A stretch of 64,000 nt of DNA. Source: Candidatus Latescibacterota bacterium (GTDB lineage Bacteria; Krumholzibacteriota; Krumholzibacteriia; WVZY01; JAKEHA01). Made by a program: the position numbers and the translations under genes. Below the pieces are notes generated by a model. That model saw only the letters and a program-made list of their open reading frames with translations, made no database searches and was not told the origin of the DNA. Position 1 is the first letter of the stretch. Every line of letters begins with the position of its first letter. Below are positions 1 to 9,569 of the stretch, one piece after another. The stretch spans positions 2,176,001 to 2,240,000 of the forward strand of contig OY970173.1 in the NCBI GenBank assembly GCA_963707635.1, read 5' to 3'.

Positions 1-1135
1 AGCCCTCCACCAGCCGGTGGTACGCGCGCACGTACTGCGCGACCACCCGGTCCCGGTTGAACTCCTGGACGGCGCGCTCCCGCGCGGCCCGCCCGATCGA
101 CCGGCGCAGCTCTTCGTTCTTGAACAGCCCCACCACGATCGCCTTCATGCACGGGACGTCGTTGGGATCGCACAGGTATCCGGTCTGTTCGTGGGCGATG
201 ACCTCGGGCAGTCCGCCGATTTTCGACCCGACCACGGGCACCCCGCAGCTCATCGCCTCGAGCGCGGCCAGCCCGAAGCTCTCGTGCTGGCTGGGGAGCA
301 GGAACACGTCGGCGGCCGGGAGCAGGTCGGCGATGTATTCCTGGTCGCCCAGAAACACCACTTTTTCCTCGAGGCCGAGTTCCTCGGATCGGCGCTCGAC
401 CGCCTCGCGCTCCGGGCCGTCGCCGACCAGGACCAGGCGGGTCGGGATCAAGCGCTGTACTTCATTGAATACTTCAACTACGACCGGCAGGTTCTTGACT
501 TTACGGAAGTTGGAGACGTGCATCATGACGCGCTCCCCGTGCGGGGACAGCCGTGCGCGGACGGCGGGATCGCACTCGGCGCGAAACAGCTCGGTGTCGA
601 CGAAGTTGTAGATCACCTCGATGGGGCTCTCGATTCGAAACTCACGGATGGTTTCCTTGCGCAGGAACTCAGACACCGCCGTGACCGCGTCGCTCTTCTC
701 GATGCTGAAGCGCGTGATCTCATAGTACGAGGGCATCATCCCGACCAGCGTGATGTCCGTGCCGTGCAGCGTGGTCATGGTGGGGAGTCGCTGCGGCTTG
801 AGCATCTCGCGGGCGAGAAACGCAGAGGCGGCGTGCGGAATCGCATAGTGGACGTGCACCAGGTCGAGGGCGTACTGCTCCGCGACCTCGCGAATCTTCA
901 CCGAGAGGCTCAGGGAATACGGGGTGTACCCCTGGAACAGCGGGTATTCACCGGTCACCACCTTGTGGAAATACACGCGCTCGTCGTAACCGACCAGACG
1001 CGACGGGTGACTCGAGGTGATGAAATGGACGTCGTTGCCCAGCCGCGCGAGCGATTTACCCAGTTCGGTGGCCACCACCCCGCTTCCGCCCAGGGTGGGA
1101 TAGCAGACGATCCCGATCTTCAGCGCTCGCGGCAC
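1..1135 (-). CDS. bshA: N-acetyl-alpha-D-glucosaminyl L-malate synthase (3' end runs off window)
   Basis: Manual translation from GTG at 1135: MPRALKIGIVCYPTLGGSGVVATELG, later HVHYAIPH and TTLHGTDIT. Absent from the ORF track because its stop lies outside the window. Confidence 0.92.
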   Translation of the reverse strand, partial: MPRALKIGIVCYPTLGGSGVVATELGKSLARLGNDVHFITSSHPSRLVGYDERVYFHKVVTGEYPLFQGYTPYSLSLSVKIREVAEQYALDLVHVHYAIPHAASAFLAREMLKPQRLPTMTTLHGTDITLVGMMPSYYEITRFSIEKSDAVTAVSEFLRKETIREFRIESPIEVIYNFVDTELFRAECDPAVRARLSPHGERVMMHVSNFRKVKNLPVVVEVFNEVQRLIPTRLVLVGDGPEREAVERRSEELGLEEKVVFLGDQEYIADLLPAADVFLLPSQHESFGLAALEAMSCGVPVVGSKIGGLPEVIAHEQTGYLCDPNDVPCMKAIVVGLFKNEELRRSIGRAARERAVQEFNRDRVVAQYVRAYHRLVEG

Positions 1136-1136
1136 G

Positions 1137-1865
1137 TCACGGCTCCGGCGTCGTCAGCGCTCCGAGATCGCGCAGCGCGATCGGCGCGAGCAGCGAGAAT
1201 GCCTCCCCGTAGGTCGCCCCGACGCGCCGCCCCGCGACCACGGCCCGGGCGCGGACCGCGTCGAAGAACCTCGGGTCAGTGAGCGGGGTGGCGAGCGCGC
1301 CCGAACCGGCGCCTACCTGGCTGGCGTGCGCCTGGATCGCGCGCAGCTTGGTCTCGTGGACGGCGGTGATGTCCACCACCACGTCGGGGCGCACCTCCCG
1401 GCGACCCGAATACACCAGCGCGCGGCCGACTCTCCAGCGCTCCTGCCGGATCGTCTCCACCTCGGTGACGTATCCGTTCACGTTGGCGAGAAACAACGCG
1501 CGCTGCACCAGTATTCCCCCGCACGCGTGGTCGGGATGCGGATCGTCGGGATTGGGAACCAGGGCCACTTGCGGGCGATAGGCGCGAATCATCCGCACGA
1601 CGGCGAGCATCTGGGCCGGGTCCTCGCTGCGCACCCCCGCGTCGGGGAGCATGGCGTTCACGCGCCGCGCGCACCCCAGGATCGTGGCAGCCGCGCGCGC
1701 TTCTTCGGCCCGCTCTTCGACCGTCCCGTTGCTGGACGACTCTCCGCGCGTGAGGTCGAGTATCGTCACCTCGTCGCCACGCGCCGCGCACACCGCCACG
1801 GTCCCGCCGCAGCTGATCTCCACGTCGTCGGGGTGTATGCCGATTGCCATCACGCGCATGTTCAT
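1137..1865 (-). CDS. bshB1: Bacillithiol biosynthesis deacetylase (PIG-L family)
   Basis: HPDD and HPDH motifs, DLTRGE..GT...R..EA; ATG overlaps bshC stop. Confidence 0.88.
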   Translation of the reverse strand: MNMRVMAIGIHPDDVEISCGGTVAVCAARGDEVTILDLTRGESSSNGTVEERAEEARAAATILGCARRVNAMLPDAGVRSEDPAQMLAVVRMIRAYRPQVALVPNPDDPHPDHACGGILVQRALFLANVNGYVTEVETIRQERWRVGRALVYSGRREVRPDVVVDITAVHETKLRAIQAHASQVGAGSGALATPLTDPRFFDAVRARAVVAGRRVGATYGEAFSLLAPIALRDLGALTTPEP

Positions 1866-3460
1866 CACACCGAATATACACCATGCCACACACGTCCGTC
1901 TAACGCGTCGCGCGCGTGCGCGACCGCGAGGGCGTCGAGCGCTTCCCACCCGGCCCCGCCGTGGGCGAGAAACAGAACCAGGAGCGAAAGGTATCTTTCC
2001 TGCGGCCGTCCGTCGCGGGCAAACACGTCCAGCAGGCGCGGGAGGTACGGCCAGCGTGCGCGCGCGCCGCGACTGTCCTGCTCGATGGCGCCAGCGAGCG
2101 CCTGCGAGAGGCGCTGCGCAACGTCGTCCAGGCGCTTTCGCAGCCGCTGGTGCTCGCGTCCGTCCATGCGGTCTCCGGCCAGCGCGGCGAACCGTGCCGC
2201 TTCGCCACGAAACGCCGCCTCCACCTGCGCCGCCGCCGCGACGAATTCGGTGTCCAGCGCCGAGGCCTCGGCCGCGCGCGCAAACGCCGCCGGGTCGGTG
2301 GCGAGCAGCGCCGCGTCCACGCCAGTGGCGTCGATCAACTCGCGCACGGCCGCCGGCACGAACGTGGCCATCAGGCGGGGCACCGCGACCGGCATCGGCA
2401 CGCGCAACTCGCGGTACACGTCGACCAGCTGGGCCCGGTAGGCCACCTCGGCCGGGCCGATCACGACCGCGGCGGGCGCCAGCGCGGCGTCCTGGAGGAG
2501 GTTGCGCGCGACGACACCGGGAGAGACCCGCGTGATATCCGCCTCGAACTCCGCGCGCGCCGCCTCTCGCCGGTCCATTGGGATGCGATGCCGGATTCCG
2601 TCCCGCACCAGAAAGAGGCCGGAGTCGTCCCCGCCGCGGAGCTGGGCGTGGTATCCCAACGCCTCGAGCGTGGCCGCGCGAACGTCGATAAGCTCACGAA
2701 TTCGCAGTTCGCAATCGAGGAACTCGAGCAGCAAGTCGGCTGCGCACACGCGCAGCATCGGCTCGCGCCCGTCGATTACCGCAATCGCGCCCTGCGTCAC
2801 CCACGCCACCACCCGCGCGGCGGCGTCCGCAAAATCGGCGGACGGCGCCACCACGCGCTCGACCCCGCTACGCGCGTCGCCGCCGCCCGTCAGTGGCGCC
2901 ACCGCCCGCCAGGTCTCGAGGGCGGCGCTCGCATCCATGTCGCCCACGCGCAACCCCGGCCGGTAGGCGCCTGTCGCCACGCTGGCGGCGACTGCCGACA
3001 GGTCGGAGCCCAGCACGACCAGGTCGCGGATCTCCGCGAAGTCGTCGTCGTCGGCGCCGAGCCAGAACACGGGCACGCACGGCGTCCCACGCTCGCGCTC
3101 GATGGAGCGCGCGAGTGCCACCGCCGACGCAATCTTGTACAGCGTGAGCAGCGGCCCCCCGAGCACCCCCGGCTGCTGCCCGGTCACCACCACGCGCGTG
3201 CTCCCGTCGGCGATCCGGGCGATGCGATCCAGGAGTTTCGCGGGAGCCCCGAGACCGGCGTTGAACTCCCGCAGGCGCGCCACCAGCCGCGGGTCGACAC
3301 GCGCGCGCGTCCCGAGTACGCGGGCCCAGACCGCGGGGTCGCCGCGCGACCCGCCCAGCCAGTCATGGAGGGGCGAATCGGCCCGCCGGCAATAGTCGTC
3401 GAAGAGCCGGGTGATTCCGGGGAGGCGCTCGACCGGGACGGTCGTCAACAATCGGTTCAT
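1865..3460 (-). CDS. bshC: Bacillithiol cysteine-adding enzyme
   Basis: VVTGQQPG..GGPL.TLYK, VPVFW...DDDFAEI, GPAEVAY, RPQER motifs; start MNRLL at 3460. Confidence 0.88.
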   Translation of the reverse strand: MNRLLTTVPVERLPGITRLFDDYCRRADSPLHDWLGGSRGDPAVWARVLGTRARVDPRLVARLREFNAGLGAPAKLLDRIARIADGSTRVVVTGQQPGVLGGPLLTLYKIASAVALARSIERERGTPCVPVFWLGADDDDFAEIRDLVVLGSDLSAVAASVATGAYRPGLRVGDMDASAALETWRAVAPLTGGGDARSGVERVVAPSADFADAAARVVAWVTQGAIAVIDGREPMLRVCAADLLLEFLDCELRIRELIDVRAATLEALGYHAQLRGGDDSGLFLVRDGIRHRIPMDRREAARAEFEADITRVSPGVVARNLLQDAALAPAAVVIGPAEVAYRAQLVDVYRELRVPMPVAVPRLMATFVPAAVRELIDATGVDAALLATDPAAFARAAEASALDTEFVAAAAQVEAAFRGEAARFAALAGDRMDGREHQRLRKRLDDVAQRLSQALAGAIEQDSRGARARWPYLPRLLDVFARDGRPQERYLSLLVLFLAHGGAGWEALDALAVAHARDALDGRVWHGVYSV

Positions 3461-4206
3461 TACGCGCGCGTCCTTTCGCTGTGAATCAGGAGCCTGGACG
3501 ACGTTGCCTCGTCGAACGCAGCCAGCTCGTAGTCCCCGTACACGTTGCGAATCGCCATCCCCGCGCTCTCCAGCATCACGCGCAGATCCTCGAGCCGGTA
3601 GAGCCTGACCCGTTCCACGTACTCCACCGGCGCGCCCAGCGCCGGGCGGTAGATCACGCGTTTCGCGAGCGTCTTCCCGCCGGGTTCCATCCAGCGTGCC
3701 TCGTCGATGGTGGCGTCTCCCGCGCGGCGCTGTGAACTTCCCAGCGCGTCGACCTGCACGGAGCCGGCATTGATGAAGTCGAGCAGGAACGTCCCGCCGG
3801 TACGGAGCACGCGTCCGACCTCGTGAACCACGCGCACATTGTCGAGGTCGGTGTCGAAGTAGCCGAAGCTGGTGAACATGTTGAGGGCGGCGCCGAAGGC
3901 CTCGGAGCGAAACGGCAGCGCGCGCATGTCGCAGCGCACCACCCGCTCCCCGACCCCGCGGCGCAACGCCGCCTGTGTGAGCATGTACTCGGACAGGTCC
4001 ACGCCGAACACTTCGATGCCGGCCTGCGCGAACGCCGCCATGTAACGGCCGCTCCCGCACGCGACGTCGAGCACGGGAGAGGCTCCGCCGACGAGCGGCG
4101 CCAGCCGCTGCGCCACCCGCACCGCCTCCGCTTCGTCGCGGTGCGCGTAGACAGCCGGGTAGAGCTGGCCGAACGCGATCTCGTACCAGTCGTCGGGCAT
4201 GGTCAT
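3460..4206 (-). CDS. Class I SAM-dependent methyltransferase, NmbA-like (putative bacillithiol N-methyltransferase)
   Basis: VLDVACGSGR, FTSFGYF, YxHRDEAEA, ERVRLY; overlaps nadB stop (ATGA) and bshC start (TAATG). Confidence 0.8.
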   Translation of the reverse strand: MTMPDDWYEIAFGQLYPAVYAHRDEAEAVRVAQRLAPLVGGASPVLDVACGSGRYMAAFAQAGIEVFGVDLSEYMLTQAALRRGVGERVVRCDMRALPFRSEAFGAALNMFTSFGYFDTDLDNVRVVHEVGRVLRTGGTFLLDFINAGSVQVDALGSSQRRAGDATIDEARWMEPGGKTLAKRVIYRPALGAPVEYVERVRLYRLEDLRVMLESAGMAIRNVYGDYELAAFDEATSSRLLIHSERTRA

Positions 4207-5792
4207 TCCGCCGCCGGATCCAGCACGGTGTCGTGGAGAAAATGCGCGTCGTCGCGCTCGGGGTAGGTCTCGGTGTAGTGGAGCCCGCGGCTCTCCCGGC
4301 GGCTCAGCGCCGCTTCGATAACCAGCCGCCCCACCCGGATGATGTTGCGCAGCTCCAGCAGGTCCAGGGTGACCCGGCTGCGCCAGTACTGCGCGTCCAC
4401 GGTCTCCTCGAACATGGCCATGCGCCGGCGGGCGATGGCGAGACGGGCGTCGCTGCGCACGATGCCCACGTAGTCCCACATGGTGCGCCGCGCCTGGTCC
4501 CAGTCGTGCTCGAGCACCACCGGGTCCGGAGCCCCCGACCCGCCGGGCGCTTCCCACCCCCGCGCCCGTGGAAACGCGGCTCCGCGCTCGAGGCCCTCCG
4601 CGGCAGCGTGATACGCGCGCCGGGCGAACACCAGCGCTTCGAGCAGCGAGTTGCTGGCGAGCCGATTCGCTCCGTGCAAGCCGGTGTGGCTGACCTCGCC
4701 GATGGCCAGCAGGTTCGCGAGCGACGTCCTCCCATCCGCGTCGACATCCACCCCACCGCAGAAGTAGTGCGTCGCCGGCACCACCGGAATCGGCTCGGAG
4801 CGCGGGTCGATGCCGAGCTCGAGGCACCGCTCGAGAATGCTCGGGAACCGTTGTTCCACGAACCCCGCTCGCAGGTGGGTCACGTCCAGGTACACGCACG
4901 GCGCCCCCGACCGTTTCATCTCGGCGTCGATCGCGCGCGCCACCACGTCGCGCGGCGCCAGCTCGGCGCGGGAGTCGTACGCGTCCACGAATGCCGACCC
5001 GTCAGCGCGGACCAGGCGCCCGCCTTCCCCCCGGATGGCTTCGCTCAACAGAAATGACTTTGCCCGCGGGTGGAACAGGCAGGTCGGGTGGAACTGGACG
5101 AATTCCAGATTCGCGATGCGGGCCCCGGCGCGGTAGGCCATCGCCAGCCCGTCGCCGGTCGCGATGTCCGGGTTGGTGGTGTACAGGTAGACCTTTCCCG
5201 CGCCCCCGGTCGCAAGAATGGTGCGCCGCGCCACGAACGCGGACACCCCGCCGCCGTTGACGTCGAGCACGTACGCGCCCCAGACCGCGCGGGGACGCGT
5301 CGTTTCTTCCAGGTGTCTCGACATGATGAGGTCGATCGCCATGTGGTAGGGGTGAACGGAGATGTTTTCGTGGTCGAGCACGGCGTCGAGCAGGCTCGCT
5401 TCGATCTCACGGCCGGTGTGGTCCTTGGAGTGGATGATCCGCTTGCGCGAGTGACCTCCCTCGAGCCCGAGTGCGAGCGTCCCCGCCTCGGTCGTGAACG
5501 AGACCCCGAGGTCCATCAGGCTCCGGATCCGGTCGGGTCCCTCGCGGACCACCATCTCGACCACCTCGCGCCGGCACAATCCGGCCCCCGCCTCCAGCGT
5601 GTCCGCCACGTGGAGATCGAAACGGTCTTCGGTTCCCATCACCGCCGCGATCCCCCCCTGGGCGTAATTGGTGTTCGAGTCGGCCAGGTCCTTCTTGGTG
5701 ACGATCGCCACCGTGCCCCGGCCGGCGAGATCCAGCGCGAGCGAGAGCCCCGCGACGCCGGACCCGATTATGAGAAAGTCGGTCTGGATCAC
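4203..5792 (-). CDS. nadB: L-aspartate oxidase
   Basis: IIGSGVAG, AQGGIAAV, QFHPT, GLHGANRLASNSLLE, ESRGLHY; GTG start at 5792. Confidence 0.95.
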   Translation of the reverse strand: MIQTDFLIIGSGVAGLSLALDLAGRGTVAIVTKKDLADSNTNYAQGGIAAVMGTEDRFDLHVADTLEAGAGLCRREVVEMVVREGPDRIRSLMDLGVSFTTEAGTLALGLEGGHSRKRIIHSKDHTGREIEASLLDAVLDHENISVHPYHMAIDLIMSRHLEETTRPRAVWGAYVLDVNGGGVSAFVARRTILATGGAGKVYLYTTNPDIATGDGLAMAYRAGARIANLEFVQFHPTCLFHPRAKSFLLSEAIRGEGGRLVRADGSAFVDAYDSRAELAPRDVVARAIDAEMKRSGAPCVYLDVTHLRAGFVEQRFPSILERCLELGIDPRSEPIPVVPATHYFCGGVDVDADGRTSLANLLAIGEVSHTGLHGANRLASNSLLEALVFARRAYHAAAEGLERGAAFPRARGWEAPGGSGAPDPVVLEHDWDQARRTMWDYVGIVRSDARLAIARRRMAMFEETVDAQYWRSRVTLDLLELRNIIRVGRLVIEAALSRRESRGLHYTETYPERDDAHFLHDTVLDPAAE

Positions 5793-6018
5793 GTCGAGAT
5801 GATCTAAGTACAAGCCGTCTGGAAGGATGCGGCGCCGTGGATCACGGCGTCGTTTCCATGCTAGGCAACGCTTGCCCCGCTTTGCAACAACGAACCCCTG
5901 CAACACGCAGATTGCACAAACCAGGGGCGGAACCGCTGTGGTGGGCGTGGCCACGTCCGCCGTGGCTCTGCAAGCCCAAGAACCGACGCAGGTTGCTCCC
6001 GGTGGATGGCCAAAGTTG

Positions 6019-6035
6019 CTGGCACGGCGATTGCG
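6019..6035 (+). promoter_or_regulatory. Sigma54 (-24/-12) promoter
   Basis: CTGGCACGGCGATTGCG with exact GG-N10-GC spacing, about 85 nt upstream of the lipoprotein ATG. Confidence 0.7.
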
Positions 6036-6117
6036 AATGCCGCCCCCGGATTACCCACGCTTCTCCAACGAAATCCCTGGGGACAATGTGGGAAACACCA
6101 TTCAGGAGGTAGGTTTC

Positions 6118-6660
6118 ATGGTGAAGCGCCATCTTGCGATCGCGGTCTTGACCGGTGCCCTCGCGCTCGTCGCGTGTGACGACCCGGCCGAGACGGGACG
6201 ATCCATCATCACAGTCAAGGAATTCAATGACGGAACCCCGGTGCAGAGCGATGTCCTCTTCGACGACGGCACCTCCGCGTACGTCCCCGAAGATCTCATC
6301 CAGTGCATTTTCACGAGCCGCCCGTACAATTCGTACATCACCGGCTTCGCGCGCGACGCCGTGATGATCGACCACTATACCATCTCGTGGGAGCGCATCG
6401 ACGGAGGGACCGGCGCACTGGCGACCCGCACGGAAGCCTGCGCCATCTACGTCACGCACGCCGAGGACGCCAACGCCGCCATCCGCCTGGTTACCTGGGA
6501 GGACAAGAGCGGGCCGATCCTCTCCCCGCTGATCGGCAGCGCGGGACAGATTCGCATGCGCGCCACCGTCCAGTTCCACGGACGCGAGGTCGGATCGACG
6601 GCGGAAATGGAGTCTTCGATCACCGTCGACGTGAACTTCGCCGACACGGTCAACACCTAG
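6118..6660 (+). CDS. Hypothetical lipoprotein (beta-rich)
   Basis: SD CAGGAGG, signal peptide with LVAC lipobox, downstream terminator. Confidence 0.8.
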   Translation: MVKRHLAIAVLTGALALVACDDPAETGRSIITVKEFNDGTPVQSDVLFDDGTSAYVPEDLIQCIFTSRPYNSYITGFARDAVMIDHYTISWERIDGGTGALATRTEACAIYVTHAEDANAAIRLVTWEDKSGPILSPLIGSAGQIRMRATVQFHGREVGSTAEMESSITVDVNFADTVNT

Positions 6661-6705
6661 TTCAGCGCGTTCGGCCTACCTCCGACGCGAGCGTGTCAAA
6701 CACTC

Positions 6706-6742
6706 GAGCGCCGCGGACAACGTCCGCGGCGCTCTTGCTTTG
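6706..6742 (+). terminator. Intrinsic terminator
   Basis: GAGCGCCGCGGAC-AAC-GTCCGCGGCGCTC followed by TTGCTTT. Confidence 0.75.
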
Positions 6743-7825
6743 TCAAACCGCAACACCCTCCCCGACCCATTCGACGTCGAGCCGCGCGATCCGCACGTCG
6801 ACCCCCTCCCAGTCGAAGTGCTGTAGTTTCACCCAGTCTTTCTCGGTAGTAATGAGCGCTGCGTCCGGCGTCTGCCGGGCGCTCGCCACCAGCGCGTGCG
6901 CGTCGTCCGGCGTATAGACGTGGTGGTCGCGAAAGACCGTGTGCGCCATCACCTCGACGCCCAGGGCCTGTACACTGCGCGCGAACGCGTCCGGCCGCGC
7001 GATACCGGACACGAGCCGCGCCCGCGCCGGCCCGGCTCGTCCACCCTCCACCAGCCGTGTCACTCGCCGCAACCCGTGCACGGGAGTTCCCGCGCGCACC
7101 CAGCGCGCGATACTCGCGCGAGCCCGCGCGACATCGTCCTCGTCGATCGCATCGTTGAACACAATCGCGTCCGCCCGCACGAGCGCGGCAGGGCGCTCGC
7201 GCAGCCTCCCGGCCGGGAGCAACCCGCCACTCACTGTCCGGCGCGCGTCGAGCAGCACGATATCGAGGCTGCGCGGCAGCTGCCAGGTCTGGAACGCGTC
7301 GTCGACGACAACGACCTCTGCGCCGGACGCCATCGCCGCTTCAACTGCACGCCGCTTGTCGCGCGAGAGAAACAGGGCGGCCCCCGGTATCCGGGCCGCC
7401 ACCAACGCCGCCTCGTCCCCCACCTCGCGCGCAAGATCGGGGTGGTCGCGCGCGACGATCCGGGTCGACGGCGACGACCACGCCGCCGCCGGCGACGACG
7501 ACTGCACCACCGTCACCGCGCGCAGGCGGCCCGCGCGCGATCCATAGCCGCGGCTCACGTACGCGCATGCCTCCCCGCGCGCCCCGTGTTCCTCGAGCAG
7601 CAGCATCGCGAGCGGGGTCTTGCCGCTGCCACCCACTTCCAGCGCGCCCACGCTCACCACCCTGGCGGTCCCCTCCACGCGATCGCGTGTCGTGCGGGCG
7701 CGACGCACCAGCGTAGCTCCGGCACCGTAGAGCCACGCCAGCGGCAGCAGCGCCGTGCGGCGGGACGGAGACCCGTCGTCGCAGGGTGACCCGGCGAGCG
7801 TCTCGCGCTCACGCCAGCGCGTCAC
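6743..7825 (-). CDS. lpxK: Tetraacyldisaccharide 4'-kinase
   Basis: SVG.LEVGGSGKTP, SRGYG, GDE, DDAFQ, LPAGRLRE, TTEKDWVK. Confidence 0.92.
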   Translation of the reverse strand: MTRWRERETLAGSPCDDGSPSRRTALLPLAWLYGAGATLVRRARTTRDRVEGTARVVSVGALEVGGSGKTPLAMLLLEEHGARGEACAYVSRGYGSRAGRLRAVTVVQSSSPAAAWSSPSTRIVARDHPDLAREVGDEAALVAARIPGAALFLSRDKRRAVEAAMASGAEVVVVDDAFQTWQLPRSLDIVLLDARRTVSGGLLPAGRLRERPAALVRADAIVFNDAIDEDDVARARASIARWVRAGTPVHGLRRVTRLVEGGRAGPARARLVSGIARPDAFARSVQALGVEVMAHTVFRDHHVYTPDDAHALVASARQTPDAALITTEKDWVKLQHFDWEGVDVRIARLDVEWVGEGVAV

Positions 7826-8453
7826 GGTCCGCCTCCCCGGTGATGCGCGTCAGCGAACGCTCGAGCTCGAGGCGGCAGGCCTCCACGGTGTCCCGGTCCG
7901 CCTGCGCCGGCACCCGTACGGGCGCGCCGTAGCGGACGATCACCCGCGTGCCCGGGGCGGGCACCTCGAATGCGTCCCACGAGGCAAGGGTGCGGTGGCG
8001 GCGTGATGCGGAGGTGATCGGCACGATGGCGGCTCCGGTCAGCCTGGCGATCTCGATCGCGCCGGGCTTCACCACGTGGCGCGGGCCGCGCGGGCCGTCG
8101 ACGGTGAGACCCACGTCGAATCCGGAGCGTAAGCGCTGGGCCAGGTCGAGGAGTGCCCGCGTCCCTCCGCGCGTGCTCGACCCTCGCGCGTGGCCGAAGC
8201 CGAGTCGAACGATGGTGCGGCCCAGCATCTCTCCGTCACGGTGTTCGCTGGCCAGGACCTGGATGGGCTGGCCCCGGTGCGTGTACGAGAGCGGCAGCAG
8301 GCGGCCGTGCCAGACAGCGAAGATCACGTTCGGCCCGATTCGTCGCGCCGCCTGCAGGTGCTCTTCGTTCTCCACGCGGATTCGCCACGTCGCCCCGAGG
8401 ACCCGAATGACACCGGCTCCCACCCATGCCACCAGCCCCATGGGCACCCTCAT
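7809..8453 (-). CDS. DUF374 / lysophospholipid acyltransferase family protein
   Basis: WHGRL, SEHRDGE, RGSSTRGG, DGPRGP motifs. Confidence 0.85.
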   Translation of the reverse strand: MRVPMGLVAWVGAGVIRVLGATWRIRVENEEHLQAARRIGPNVIFAVWHGRLLPLSYTHRGQPIQVLASEHRDGEMLGRTIVRLGFGHARGSSTRGGTRALLDLAQRLRSGFDVGLTVDGPRGPRHVVKPGAIEIARLTGAAIVPITSASRRHRTLASWDAFEVPAPGTRVIVRYGAPVRVPAQADRDTVEACRLELERSLTRITGEADRDALA

Positions 8454-9556
8454 GCGAGCAGTTCCTCCGCCAGCTCCGCCACCCGCGCGCATCCACGACC
8501 GTCGCCGAGCCGGTGGCGCAGCTCCCGGAAGCACGCGACGGCTGCCTCGCGCCGCGGCGCGTCGTCGAGCATGCGCGCCACCTCGTCCGCGATGTCGCCG
8601 GGGCGCGCGGCGTCCTGGACGAACTCGCGGGCGATCTCGCGCCCCGCCAGCACGTTCACGAGCCCGACGTGGGGGATGCGCACGAGCCGCTTCGCCAGGA
8701 AATAGTTGAAACGCGAGGTGCGATACACCACCACCAGCGGGGTCTCCAGGAGCGCCGCCTGCAGGGTCGCCGTCCCGGATGCCACCATCGCCGCACGCGC
8801 GCGACCCAGGACGTCGACGGCGTCCTCGCCGACCTCGAAACCGCCGCCGCCCCGGGCCGTGATCTCACGGTAGAGCTCGCGCCCCACCACCGGACTCTTG
8901 CCGATCACGAATCGAAGCTCCGGCCCGCGATCGCGCAGCGCGCGGGCCGCCTCCAGCAGCACGGGGAGGATGGTACGGACCTCCGACTCCCGGCTCCCCG
9001 GCAACAGCGCGATCCACTCCCGCTCCGACCAGGGCCGGGCGGGCGGCAGCTCGTGGTCCACGACGAACGGGTGGCCGACGTACTCCGCCCTCACCTTCGC
9101 GCGCCGGAAGTACTCCTCTTCAAACGGGAGGACCACGGCCATGGAGTCGACCACGCTGCGGATCCTGGCCAGGCGCCGCTCGCCCCACGCCCACACCTGG
9201 GGCGCAATATAATAGAGAACCGGAACGCCCCGCCGGTGCGCGTGGGCGCACAAACGCAGGTTTAGCCCGGGGTAGTCGACCGCGATCAACAGGTCGGCCC
9301 GGTCGATCAGCGCCTTCATTGAACGCTCGAGATGGATGAATTTGCGCAGGCCGGTGAGCACGCCGGTAAAGCCGATGAGCGCGTAATCTCGGTGCTCGAA
9401 GCGGACGGTCATGCCGGCGCGCGCGCAGTTCTCGCCACCCATCCCCTCGATGGCGACTCCGGGCAGGCGGGAGACGAGGGCCGCGACCAGGTGCGCCGCG
9501 TGCATGTCACCGGAAAGCTCGCCGGCGCACAGGACGATGCGGCGCGGAGCCCCCAT
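8450..9556 (-). CDS. lpxB: Lipid-A-disaccharide synthase
   Basis: AGELSGD, DYPG.NL, PQVWAW, LPGSR.SE, SGTATL. Confidence 0.95.
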   Translation of the reverse strand: MGAPRRIVLCAGELSGDMHAAHLVAALVSRLPGVAIEGMGGENCARAGMTVRFEHRDYALIGFTGVLTGLRKFIHLERSMKALIDRADLLIAVDYPGLNLRLCAHAHRRGVPVLYYIAPQVWAWGERRLARIRSVVDSMAVVLPFEEEYFRRAKVRAEYVGHPFVVDHELPPARPWSEREWIALLPGSRESEVRTILPVLLEAARALRDRGPELRFVIGKSPVVGRELYREITARGGGGFEVGEDAVDVLGRARAAMVASGTATLQAALLETPLVVVYRTSRFNYFLAKRLVRIPHVGLVNVLAGREIAREFVQDAARPGDIADEVARMLDDAPRREAAVACFRELRHRLGDGRGCARVAELAEELLA

Positions 9557-9569
9557 GCGAGCCTGCGCG

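Noticed and set aside
3461..4060. Long N-terminal extensions in the ORF track for bshC, lpxA, nadD, rimO, fabF and sucD suggesting fusions
   Set aside because: The extensions are Arg/Gly-rich out-of-frame reads of upstream genes; better starts with SD or stop-start overlaps exist.
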